This document shows positions 7,230 to 17,000 of a DNA stretch of 17,942 nt, piece after piece (position 1 is the first letter of the stretch; each line of letters starts with the position of its first letter). The notes under the pieces are model-generated. The model worked only from the letters and a program-made list of their open reading frames with translations. It was not told the origin of the DNA and did not search any database. Source of the DNA: Candidatus Eiseniibacteriota bacterium (GTDB lineage: Bacteria; Joyebacterota; Joyebacteria; Joyebacterales; Joyebacteraceae); assembly GCA_043819135.1 (NCBI GenBank), contig JBDRFG010000172.1:1-17942 (forward strand), written 5' to 3'. Made by a program: the position numbers and the translations under genes.

Positions 7230-10200
7230 ATGTCGTTGACGAGATGGGTTACCCTCCCTGGGTTTCCCGCCGCAGCACTAATGCTAGCGTCAGCTGCCCT
7301 CCTCGCATTCTCCGGGATTGCGCAATGTGCGCCGGCGGAGTCCTGGCGAACTTTCGTTGTCGAGCAACCGGATGGCACCACGTTCTCGGCGCGTCTCTTC
7401 GGCGACGAGTGGACTCACTGGCACGAAACGTCAGACGGATACACCATCGTCAGGGGAGACGATGGGTACTGGCGATACGCCGAGCGGGGGACGGATGGTT
7501 CCCTACGTCCGAAGGGTGCGATCGTCGGTAGGGGCTCCCCGACGCGCAGTCGACACCTGCTTCCCGGTACTTCTGCGTTTAGACGAGCCTATGAGGCTCG
7601 ACCATACGAGCGTAGACAGGTACGGTCTCCGGCGGACATCACGGGCAATCATGAAGTAGTGCTGATACTCGTTGACTTCACGGACGAAGAAGGGATATCG
7701 ACCCCCGACTACTTCGAGGATTTCTACACGGGAATCGCCTTCGGAGCGGATCCGGGGAAGATGCAGCACTACTACTTCGAGGTCTCATACGGACAGCTTC
7801 AGGTCGACGGTGAGGTGGCCAACGGTGTGTGGCACACTTCCTCTCATAGTCTGGCCTACTACGGGGCCGACTGTGGAGACGGACACGACAACTGCAATGT
7901 TCCCACCTATGAGCTGGCGCGCGAGGCAGCCCTGCTTGCAGACGCGGCTGGCTTCAACTTCGGTCCTTTTGACGATGACAACGACGGGTTTGTGGACCAT
8001 GTGATGATAGTCTGTGCAGGACCGAATCAGGCTAGTCCAGGCGCCTCCGAAGACGGCATCTGGCCGCATCATTGGCAGATCCCCCCCCCCTATGTCTCGG
8101 TAGATGGTCTCCAGGTGCGCGACTTCTGCATGCTCTCTGAGGAATCCCCGATGTGTACGTTTGCGCACGAGTTCGGGCACGATCTCGGAGCGCCAGACCT
8201 CTATGACTACGACTACGATTCTCAGGACGGGGATCCGCTCGGGGCTTGGTGCCTGATGTCAGGGAGCGCCGGTGACGACCACCCCCCCCACCTTTGCGGG
8301 CTGCTAAAGGCCGACATGGATGGCGACTTCAGAAACGGGCTGACTGGATGGGTGGTACCGGTCCACCTGGAGTCCGAGGGTCCCTATGTTGCAGGCCACC
8401 TTGACGGTCGCAGCACACAGAGCGTCTTCATCACCCCCGCCAGGTTTGGCGACGAGCATTTCGTTGTAGAGAACAGGCAGCAGAACGGCTACTACGACTC
8501 TTCGATTCCGGAAGAGGGGATCCTGTTCACGCACGTTGACATGGAAATGCACGACGAGGAGGGGAGATTCAATGATGGCCCTCCTGTAAACCCGCACTTC
8601 GGGGCCTGGGTCGAGCGTCCTGCGGGGGAGGCTTCGCCGACGAATGCTGCCTTCCAGGTGGGGCAGTTGTTCGGTGTGGGGACCAACCCAGACACGGAGT
8701 CAAACGATGGGTACTGCACCAACCTCGCCTTCTGGCCGACTTCGAGTGCGCAAGGGGGGAACTTCATCCAATTCGAGTACTCATCCTACGGAGTCGTGGA
8801 GCTGCTGGCGCCCAACGGAGGCGAGAGCTACGGAATTGGCTCTCCCATGGACATCTTCTGGGACTCGAGCAGCTCCTTTGACTTCGCGAAGGTCGATGTA
8901 TCGCGGGACGGCGGAGACAGCTGGACTCCAATCACTTCGAAGACAGATAACGACGGGGAATACACCTGGGCAGTTGAGTCTCCGTACTCCTGGGACTGCA
9001 AGATCAGGGTCGAGCCTTGGGATGACGTGTGCCCCGTAGGGATAAGCAACCGGGCCTTCACCATAGCCCCTCCGCAGACTCCTCCCAATCTGGCGAGCGG
9101 GACTGTCGACCCGTCGACGGGTACTGTGACGACTGAGTTCTCCTATCGAGTGGAGTACTCCGATATCAACGGAGATCCGCCGGCGGAGATGTCGCTCGTA
9201 GTCGACGGCGGAGATCCGATGCCCATGTCTAGGGAGAGTGGTGATCCCGCTGACGGTGTGTACGTATGCAGTCCGATTACTCTCTCATCAGGCCAGCACA
9301 CTTATCATTTCTATTGCAGCGACGCTAGCGGCGGGAGCGATAGACTCCCTTCAGCGGGGGAGCGAAATGGACCCACGGTCACGCTGCCTGTCGCCTATGT
9401 CGACGCAGAACATGTTGGACCGGAAAACGGAAGCCAGGAGTACCCCTTCACGGATATCGCAGATGCTCTCTTCGAGGTGACCGAGCCGGGCACGGTATAC
9501 GTTGCGCAGGGAACCTACTCTGGACCCGGAAATAGGGACTTGGACTTCCAGGGGAGGAGCATCCGCCTGGTAGCTGTGGACGGCAGAGGCTCCGTAACTA
9601 TCGACTGCGAGGGCCTCGGCAGGGCCTTTCACTTCCACAGCGGAGAAGATCTCAGCAGCGTCGTCGATGGGTTCACGATAACAGGTGGCTCAGCCGGCGG
9701 CAGCATGTACGGCGGCGCGATTCTGTGCGAGAGTGGGTCTTCGCCGCTCCTAACAAGCCTAGTCTGCGAAGGAAATGAAGCGGAGAGTGGTGGAGCCATC
9801 GCGTGCATGGGAGGCTCTGCTCCGCTTATAGAGGACTCGATCGTACGGAGTAACCACGCGATATTCCCCGGCGGCGGAATCTACAGCCAGTCGAGCGGAC
9901 CAACCATACGAAACACGACCGTGGAGGAGAACGATGCCGCGTGGGGCGGCGGCATCTATCTCGGATTCACTACCCCCGCGATCATTGAGAGTGCACACAT
10001 TTCGCGAAACACCGCCCGTGAGGACGGTGGAGGAGTGTGGTGTAGCCACGCCCCTCACACATTCAACCATGTGCTGATAGACAGCAATGACGCTGAAGAC
10101 GGCGGCGGCCTGTGGTGCGAGCAGGGCTTCTCTGGCACACTGACCGATGTCGTGATGAGGGGAAACGCCGCGGCGGACGCGGGGGGCGGGATGTTCAGTT

Positions 10201-12173
10201 ACCTCCGATCGCAACCAGTGTTAGTCGATTGTCTCATTGAAGACAATAGTGCCGCCAGAGGAGGTGGTATCTACTGCAACGACCGCTGCAAGGTCACGCT
10301 AGCTGACAGCAGAATCCGGGACAACTCGGCCTCGGACTACGGTGGGGGATTCTACTCGGCCGAAAGCTGCACTCTGGTAATGCAGAACTGCGACGTCGTC
10401 GCCGACTCTGCAGGTGTGCACGGGGGTGGGATCTACAGCAGTGAGGGATGTGCAATTTCGCTGGCCGGGGGCAGGGTCGATTCGAACACGGTCGGGCAGA
10501 CGGGGGGCGGTGCCTACATCATCGGCGCAGCGGCCCCCGACCTACTCATCGAAGGCACGAGCTTCACGGCGAACACGGCTGGAAGTGGCGGTGGAGCGTA
10601 CTTCAGGAGCTGTGCTGGCGGCACACTGCGCGGATCCTCGTTTCTCTCCAACGAAGCTCTCGCTGGGGGCGGGGCCGTCTACGTCAACATTGCGGGTCCG
10701 GCAGGCCTCGTGTTTGACAGCGTCGACTTCCTGGGCAACTCAGCCGGTTCCTATGGAGGCGCGATCTGCGGAAAGCAGATCGAGGGTGTCTTCCGAGATT
10801 GTGACGTCATCGGCAACTCCGCTGTTTCAGGAGGCGGCATGTACTGCGGCTACGGATGCCTTCCAAGGCTCATCGACATGACATTCGAGGGCAACTCCGC
10901 GTCGCATAGCGGTGGGGGGTACATGGCCGGAGACGGCGAGGCCGTGTGGACGCGGATCGAGAACAGCTCGTTCGCGGACAACACAGCTGGTGTCTTTGGA
11001 GGGGGCATTTACCTAGGCTCTGGTAGCTCGGACGACAGGATCGCCGGGACACTTCTAGTGGGCAATTCGGCTGCAGGAGGCGAGGAGCCGGAGCGTGGCG
11101 GCGGAGGAGTCTACTGCACGCATGCTCATCCCGAGTTCGCGGACTGCGTCTTCCTGGGCAACACAACCGACGGCATTGGCGGAGCGCTTGTGCTCGATGA
11201 CACCTGGGGCTACGGCGGAGCCTCTGTCACGGGAACGACCATCACCGGCAACTCGGCCGGCGACGGTGGTGCGCTTGTGATTACCGGCAACTCTCGTCCA
11301 CCGATCACCAATACGGTTATGTCCTCTAATGACGCAGCCTCCGTCGTCCTGTGCGACACGCTGGCAACGCCGACATTCACGCGCAATTGCATATTCGGGA
11401 ACACCGAGGGCGACAGCCTCTGCGCCGCCGGGTCTCACTATGACAATATCTTCATGGACCCATTCTTCTGTGACCCTGATTCCGGTGACGTCACGGTCTG
11501 GGATTACTCGCCCTGTCTTCCAGAGAACAATGCGTGGGGTGAGCTGGTCGGCGCGTACGAGATGGGTTGCGTCGATCCTCCTCCCGAGCCGCCGCTCAAC
11601 GTAGCCGCGACGTCCGCCGAGGCAGTGGATTTCGTGGAGATCAGCTGGGCTCGAAGCCCCGAGTCAGACATGGGCCACTACCGCGTGGAGCGGGACACGA
11701 CCGACGCCTTCGGTGCGGGGCTTGTGAAGCACACCACGCCTGACACGACTCTAGTAGACTCAGGCCTCATCGTGGGACACGACTACTTCTATCGCATCTA
11801 TGCGATCGACCAGTGGGGGCACGAGAGCGATCCGAGCGACACGGCATACGCGGTCTGCGGATGGACGGGGACTGGTGACGAGGAGCTGCCACAGCGGCTC
11901 TCTCTAAGCCGCAACTACCCCAACCCGTTCAATCCTGTGACGCAGATCGCATACGAGGTGCCTTCTCCCGGTGGGCGTGTGACGCTCAGGATTCACACGC
12001 CCTCTGGTCGTTTGGTTCGCACGCTGGTGGACGCCGATCTTGAGCCGGGGACGTATTCGGCTGGCTGGGACGGCCGGGATGACAGTGGACTCCGGGCAGC
12101 CAGCGGTGTGTACCTCTGTCAGATCAGGATGGAGGGTGCGACTCGGCAGCGAACGATGGTACTGCTGAAATAG
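7230..12173 (+). CDS. Secreted M6 family (immune inhibitor A-like) metalloprotease (~1647 aa) with Ig-like domains, long GGA(I)/FxxN beta-helix, FN3 and FlgD-Ig/T9SS-type C-terminal domain
   Basis: GGAGG RBS at 7219-7223 and a hydrophobic signal. Propeptide QPDGTTFSARLFGDEW..HETSDGYTI, then VLILVDFTD, YYFEVSYGQL, IWPHHW and the zinc motif HEFGHDLGAPDLYD. PNGGE Ig domain, many N.A..GGG(I/A)Y repeats, and a CTD NYPNPFNPVTQIAY...WDGRDDSG...SGVYL. Confidence 0.9.
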   Translation: MSLTRWVTLPGFPAAALMLASAALLAFSGIAQCAPAESWRTFVVEQPDGTTFSARLFGDEWTHWHETSDGYTIVRGDDGYWRYAERGTDGSLRPKGAIVGRGSPTRSRHLLPGTSAFRRAYEARPYERRQVRSPADITGNHEVVLILVDFTDEEGISTPDYFEDFYTGIAFGADPGKMQHYYFEVSYGQLQVDGEVANGVWHTSSHSLAYYGADCGDGHDNCNVPTYELAREAALLADAAGFNFGPFDDDNDGFVDHVMIVCAGPNQASPGASEDGIWPHHWQIPPPYVSVDGLQVRDFCMLSEESPMCTFAHEFGHDLGAPDLYDYDYDSQDGDPLGAWCLMSGSAGDDHPPHLCGLLKADMDGDFRNGLTGWVVPVHLESEGPYVAGHLDGRSTQSVFITPARFGDEHFVVENRQQNGYYDSSIPEEGILFTHVDMEMHDEEGRFNDGPPVNPHFGAWVERPAGEASPTNAAFQVGQLFGVGTNPDTESNDGYCTNLAFWPTSSAQGGNFIQFEYSSYGVVELLAPNGGESYGIGSPMDIFWDSSSSFDFAKVDVSRDGGDSWTPITSKTDNDGEYTWAVESPYSWDCKIRVEPWDDVCPVGISNRAFTIAPPQTPPNLASGTVDPSTGTVTTEFSYRVEYSDINGDPPAEMSLVVDGGDPMPMSRESGDPADGVYVCSPITLSSGQHTYHFYCSDASGGSDRLPSAGERNGPTVTLPVAYVDAEHVGPENGSQEYPFTDIADALFEVTEPGTVYVAQGTYSGPGNRDLDFQGRSIRLVAVDGRGSVTIDCEGLGRAFHFHSGEDLSSVVDGFTITGGSAGGSMYGGAILCESGSSPLLTSLVCEGNEAESGGAIACMGGSAPLIEDSIVRSNHAIFPGGGIYSQSSGPTIRNTTVEENDAAWGGGIYLGFTTPAIIESAHISRNTAREDGGGVWCSHAPHTFNHVLIDSNDAEDGGGLWCEQGFSGTLTDVVMRGNAAADAGGGMFSYLRSQPVLVDCLIEDNSAARGGGIYCNDRCKVTLADSRIRDNSASDYGGGFYSAESCTLVMQNCDVVADSAGVHGGGIYSSEGCAISLAGGRVDSNTVGQTGGGAYIIGAAAPDLLIEGTSFTANTAGSGGGAYFRSCAGGTLRGSSFLSNEALAGGGAVYVNIAGPAGLVFDSVDFLGNSAGSYGGAICGKQIEGVFRDCDVIGNSAVSGGGMYCGYGCLPRLIDMTFEGNSASHSGGGYMAGDGEAVWTRIENSSFADNTAGVFGGGIYLGSGSSDDRIAGTLLVGNSAAGGEEPERGGGGVYCTHAHPEFADCVFLGNTTDGIGGALVLDDTWGYGGASVTGTTITGNSAGDGGALVITGNSRPPITNTVMSSNDAASVVLCDTLATPTFTRNCIFGNTEGDSLCAAGSHYDNIFMDPFFCDPDSGDVTVWDYSPCLPENNAWGELVGAYEMGCVDPPPEPPLNVAATSAEAVDFVEISWARSPESDMGHYRVERDTTDAFGAGLVKHTTPDTTLVDSGLIVGHDYFYRIYAIDQWGHESDPSDTAYAVCGWTGTGDEELPQRLSLSRNYPNPFNPVTQIAYEVPSPGGRVTLRIHTPSGRLVRTLVDADLEPGTYSAGWDGRDDSGLRAASGVYLCQIRMEGATRQRTMVLLK

Positions 12174-12196
12174 CCCGCGCGACCCGTTCAGAACAG

Positions 12197-12227
12197 GACG
12201 GCTCCCGGCACCTCGCCGGGAGCCGTC
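12197..12227 (+). terminator. Terminator-like hairpin after the M6 protease gene
   Basis: Perfect 13-bp stem GACGGCTCCCGGC / GCCGGGAGCCGTC, loop ACCTC, followed by TCATT. Confidence 0.65.
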
Positions 12228-12240
12228 TCATTCCATTGAT

Positions 12241-12271
12241 GGGTTCGAAACACGTCCACCGTGGGGAGCCA
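12241..12271 (+). other. tRNA 3'-end fragment (Asn-like), attR-type site
   Basis: GGGTTCGAAACACGTCCACCGTGGGGAGCCA. GT-CCACC-GTGGGGA-G-CCA parses as T-loop end, T-stem 3' strand, acceptor 3' strand, G discriminator and CCA. No 5' half is present. Confidence 0.65.
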
Positions 12272-12282
12272 GATCGGAGCTG

Positions 12283-12393
12283 CTACATCTTGGCGAGAAG
12301 TCGGAAGCCGGTGTGTCCCTTCGCTTCCGCGACAATCTCCAGCCCCACACAGTCCCACAGAACCACGCTCTGGGACACCAACCCGAGGAGCCA
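12283..12393. repeat. att-associated repeat copy 2 (111 bp)
   Basis: Ends GAGGAGCCA. Minus strand reads WLLGLVSQSVVLWDCVGLEIVAEAKGHTGFRLLAKM*. Confidence 0.9.
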
Positions 12394-12399
12394 GCACCC

Positions 12400-12431
12400 A
12401 GAGGCCCCAGTCTGTCAAGATTGGGGCCTCT
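12400..12431 (+). terminator. Hairpin following repeat copy 2
   Basis: 14-bp stem AGAGGCCCCAGTCT / AGATTGGGGCCTCT (one G.U), loop GTCA. Four compensated base-pair changes relative to the copy 1 hairpin. Confidence 0.65.
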
Positions 12432-12791
12432 TCGTGTCCATCCGAAGTGTGCTGATAGACTGTTCATCCAGGCTCCGCTTCTCGGCCTCGAGCTGCCCGA
12501 TACGCGCATTCATATCTTCGACTTCCTGTGTGCAGGTCTCGGACTTCGTTCAGAGGAACCACGCGAGCATCCCATGGGAGCGGTTGCGCAACGCGGCGGC
12601 ACGACGATGAACCGCTGCCAAGATCGTCCATCGCTGTCCGTGGCTGGAGCTGTGGCAGCACGGTCTCACGATGACAAGGCGGCGTTGGCTTGATACGCTG
12701 TCGAGAGGTCGCAGGGGATGTTGGGGCATTCAGCAGCGAGCGCTTCACCAGTGGGGTTCGGCCGGAGTACTCGGACGAATAGGGGACCACA

Positions 12792-13502
12792 ATGGAGTCA
12801 ATCGAGGAGTTGGACCACCGAAAGACTTCTATGGGGGAGTTGGTCCTGCGCCGCCGGTGCTCCCCGTCTGTACCTAATGAGCTGGTGTACGAGGTGAAGC
12901 TCGACGACGAGATGTTGATGTCCAGCACGGTCAACGCGAGCGAACGGGCGCTGGCCCGCCTCACCCTCGAACGTAGGAGCGACGAGCCGTGCGATGTCCT
13001 CGTCGGCGGCCTGGGACTGGGGTACACGGCCGCTGCGGCACTCGAGTTCGCCTGCGTCCGGCGGCTGGTGGTCGTCGAACTCCTGGCCCCGGTAATCGCC
13101 TGGCACTTGAGCCGGCTCGTGCCGGCGGCCAGCGCGCTGCTGGATGACCCAAGGTGCACCTTCGTCGAGGGCGACTTCTTCAAGCACGTCGCCCCGGGAG
13201 CCTCCTCTGAGTTCGGGGGAGGCTATGATGCCATCCTCCTCGACATCGGTCACTCTCCCGAGTCATGGCTCCAACCCAGGCGTGGGGGGTTCTACACTGC
13301 CAGCGGCCTCAGTGGGCTCGCGGAGCATCTGCGACCGAGCGGCGTCTTCGGGATCTGGTCAGCCTCAGAGCCTTCGCAGCAGTTCCTCGACCTGCTCGAG
13401 AGTGTCCTACCCAACGTGCGAAGCCATGAAGTCTCATTCTTCAATCCGCACATTGGTGAGACAGACTCAGACTGGGTCGTGGTAGCGGGGGGAACCCGGT
13501 AG
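12792..13502 (+). CDS. Spermidine synthase-like class I SAM-dependent methyltransferase-fold protein
   Basis: Motifs LMSSTVNASERALA, DVLVGGLGLGYTA, LVVVELLAPVIAWH, VEGDFF, YDAILLDI, LRPSGVFGIWS. AGGGG RBS upstream. Confidence 0.85.
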   Translation: MESIEELDHRKTSMGELVLRRRCSPSVPNELVYEVKLDDEMLMSSTVNASERALARLTLERRSDEPCDVLVGGLGLGYTAAAALEFACVRRLVVVELLAPVIAWHLSRLVPAASALLDDPRCTFVEGDFFKHVAPGASSEFGGGYDAILLDIGHSPESWLQPRRGGFYTASGLSGLAEHLRPSGVFGIWSASEPSQQFLDLLESVLPNVRSHEVSFFNPHIGETDSDWVVVAGGTR

Positions 13503-13576
13503 CAGAGGATCCTCGCGCGTTTCCTTGATCCGCCTGAGGTGGTTCAACCGTGTGGCGACGACCGCAACGGGCTGTG

Positions 13577-13687
13577 CTATGTCCGGGTGAGCGGCTGGAA
13601 GCCAGTGTGCCTGTTTGGCCGGCCGACCATCTCAAGCCCTACCACATTCCACAGGAGTACGCTTTGGGACACCACCCCTGGGAGTCA
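13577..13687. repeat. att-associated repeat copy 3 (111 bp, most degenerate)
   Basis: Ends TGGGAGTCA (core mutated). Minus strand reads *LPGVVSQSVLLWNVVGLEMVGRPNRHTGFQPLTRT*. No adjacent hairpin. Confidence 0.85.
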
Positions 13688-13823
13688 GCTTCGGGAGGGC
13701 GACAACAAGCATCCTTCACAGATTGGATGACGTGTTGCTGACGGCATCGAAATGGCAGAATGCGTGCCCAGGCATGATGGGTGTGTACGAGTTCGGTTCG
13801 CTCAAGCAAGATAAAGCTCAAGA

Positions 13824-13851
13824 AGGCCGCCGGAGTGGTCCCCGGCGGCCT
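13824..13851. terminator. GC-rich hairpin upstream of the kinase gene
   Basis: 10-bp stem AGGCCGCCGG / CCGGCGGCCT, 8-nt loop, followed by CTTC. Confidence 0.35.
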
Positions 13852-14006
13852 CTTCAACTGTGCGTCCCACAGCCTGGAGCGCTGGCGAGAAAGATTGCGC
13901 GCCGCGCATGTTCTCGCGCTCTAGGCCTTCTCTTGGCCCGCTTCGTGCGGCACCTTCCACACGTTTGGCGCGAGTCACTGCCGCCTCAGCGGGGAGTAGT
14001 CGGACC

Positions 14007-17000
14007 ATGAGGGGATTCCCTCCTTGGATGAAGGCATTGCTGGCCGCAGCGGCGGTCGGCTTCGTGGTTAGCGGAGCCTGGTTCTATCGTGCGCAGGAGC
14101 AGCGCCAGCGTGATGCGGTCGAGAGCGAACTAACCGCGGTCGGCACTCTCAAGGCCGCGAACGTCGCAGCCTGGCGCGACGAGAGGCTGAACGATGCCGG
14201 GCTCCTCATGGAGAACCCGTTCCTGAGGGATGGGATCAGCCGGTGGCTGGAGGCACCGGGCGAGTCCGCCGCGGAGGCGGACCTGCTCGGCTGCTTCGAG
14301 AGCTTGCGTGTGCATGGTGACTACGAGAACGTCCTGCTCGTATCGCCTGATGGTGAGGTGCTTCTCTCGCTCGAGCATAAAGCACACGGTCTACTGGCAG
14401 ATGAGGTACACGACGCGCTGACCGTGGCCTTCGGGGAGATTCGCCCGACACTGACGGAACTCCACACGGGCCACGAGCACCCAGTACTTCACTTGGGTGT
14501 GGTTGGCGTGTTCACCACAGAGGGAAACGGGGCGCCGGAGCCCTTGGCGGGGGTCATCCTCGTCTGTGAGGCACATAGCACGCTCTGCTCCATCCTCGAG
14601 AACTGGCCCACCCAGAGCCGCACGGCGGAGACGATCCTCGTCCGGAAGGACGGCGATGGCGTGCGTTTCCTCAGCGGTCTCAGACACGAGCAAGGCTCGC
14701 CTCTCAACCGGCGTATTCCCTTGAGCGAGGCGGGTCCACCGACTGTCGCCGCTGTCTCAGGTGAGTACGGGGTCCTTCAGGGGAGAGACTACCGCGGGGT
14801 GGAAGTCCTGGCTGTCGTCGGTCCCGTTACAGGCTCGTCCTGGTCCGTCATATCAAAGGTCGATGCCGCCGAGGCTCTCGCCTCCTGGCGGTCCCGTTCT
14901 GTGGTCACTCTGTTGCTCACCGGGGGCTTTGCGCTCCTGGTGGTCGCGGTCATGCTCTTCCTCTGGCAAAGGCACGAGCGAGTACAGTACCAGGCCCTCT
15001 ACGAGTCTGAAGCCGCCCTCCGGGAGAGTGATAGAATCCTCGGCGATACCGGACGCCTCGCGAAGATTGGCGGGTGGGAGCACAATCTCGCAACGGGCGG
15101 TGTCGTCTGGACGTCGGCGCTCCATGAGATCGTCGGGATTGAGCCGGGAGCGCAGTCCCCGGGCGTCGACGAGCACATGGAGCGGTACGTAGCCGAGCAC
15201 CGCCGAACCCTGGAGGAAGCGTACCGGCGCTCGTCCAACGAGGGTGCTCCGTTCGATCTCGAGCTTCAGTTCCGCACCGGCGATGACAGGCTCATCTGGT
15301 GCCGGGTCTCCGGCGAGCCCGTTATGGAGGGCGGGCAGTGCGTCAGGATGCGCGGTACGTTTCAGGACATCACGGACAGGAAGGTCTCGGAACTCGAGCG
15401 GATCGCCGCGCTCGATGACGCGAAGGCACGTGGCTCGGAGCTGCTGGAGCAGAAGGAGAAGTACCGCCTGCTCGCGGACAACACGACCGATATCATCTGG
15501 CTGATGGACCTCTCGATGCAGTTCACCTACGTGAACCCTGCGGCCGAGACGCTTCTAGGATGGAAGCCTCAGGAGATGGTCGGCACCTCCCTGCGCGATT
15601 ACTGTGCCCACGAGCAGCTGCGCGCGATTATGGACATCGTGCAGGACACGGTCGCGGCACTTCCCGAGATCAAGGTGCAGAGGTTCGAGACGGAGCTGCT
15701 GCGTCGGGACGGCGAGGCGGTCAGCGTGGAGGTCGCGGGGAGACTGCTGCTTGACGACGAAGGCCGCCCTTTTGCCATCCAGGGAGTGACGCACGATATC
15801 ACGGAACGTAGGCGTGCCGCAGAGGCCCAGCGCATAAGCGAGGAGCGTTGGCGCAGCTACGTGGAGAGGGCTCCGTACGGCGTCTTCGTGGCCAACGAGA
15901 GGGGTCAGTACGTGAGCGTGAACCCGGCGGCCTCGCAGATCACCGGATACGACGAGTCGGAGCTGGTGACCATGGGAATCCCGGACATGCTCCCACCAGA
16001 GGATGCCAAAGCGGGACTGGCACCCTTTCGGGAACTGCTGCGAACCGGGGAGTCCTTCATCGAAGTGCCGTTCACGCACAAGAGCGGCGAGAGACGGTGG
16101 TGGACCGTGGCGTCCGTCAAGCTGTCCGAGACACGATTCCTGGGGTTCGTGGAAGACACAACGGAGAAGAGGAAGGCCCAGCAGGAGCGTGATGAACTCA
16201 AGTCCCAGCTCATGCAGGCCCAGAAGATGGAGGCCGTCGGTCGCCTGGCGGGCGGGGTGGCCCACGACTTCAACAACATGCTGCAGGTCATCCTCGGCAA
16301 CGCCGAGCTGGCGCTGCCGGAACTCGCTCCCGACGCCGTGGGGCACGCAGAGTTGCTGGAGATACAGGCCGCGGCGCGGAACTCCGCCAACCTCACGCGC
16401 CAGCTACTGGCGTTCGCGCGGCAGCAGACCATCGCTCCTGAGGTTCTGGATCTCAATGAGACTATCTCCAGCATGCTGAAGATGCTCCGTCGGCTGATCG
16501 GAGAGGACATCGAACTCACTTGGATGCCCGGGGCGCAGTTGTGGCCGGTCGAGCTCGACCCCTCACAGGTCAACCAGTTGCTTGCGAATCTGTGCGTCAA
16601 CGCCAGGGATGCGCTCAAGGGGGGAGGCAGCCTGAAGATCTCGACTATGAACGCCACGGTCGAGGCCTCGCGGCTCGTGTCTCACCCTGATGCGAAGACC
16701 GGCGAATTCGTGCTGTTGTCTGTGACGGACGACGGGACCGGGATGGACAAGACGACGCTCGCGAGCATTTTCGATCCGTTCTTCACGACGAAGGAAGTTG
16801 GACAAGGGACCGGACTTGGGCTGGCAACGGTCTACGGGATCGTGAAGCAGAACGACGGCTTCATCGATGTCAGGAGCGCGCCTGGTGAAGGAGCGGCTTT
16901 CAGCATCTACCTGCCGAGGAGCACTGACGCCGTCTGTGAGACGGCGAACGAACCCGCAGGAGAGCAGCAGAAGGGCCGGGGAGAGACAGTTCTGCTCGTC

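Noticed and set aside
12200..12271. Complete tRNA gene
   Set aside because: Only the 3' end fits. There is no D or anticodon arm, no 5' acceptor strand, and the T-loop spacing is broken.
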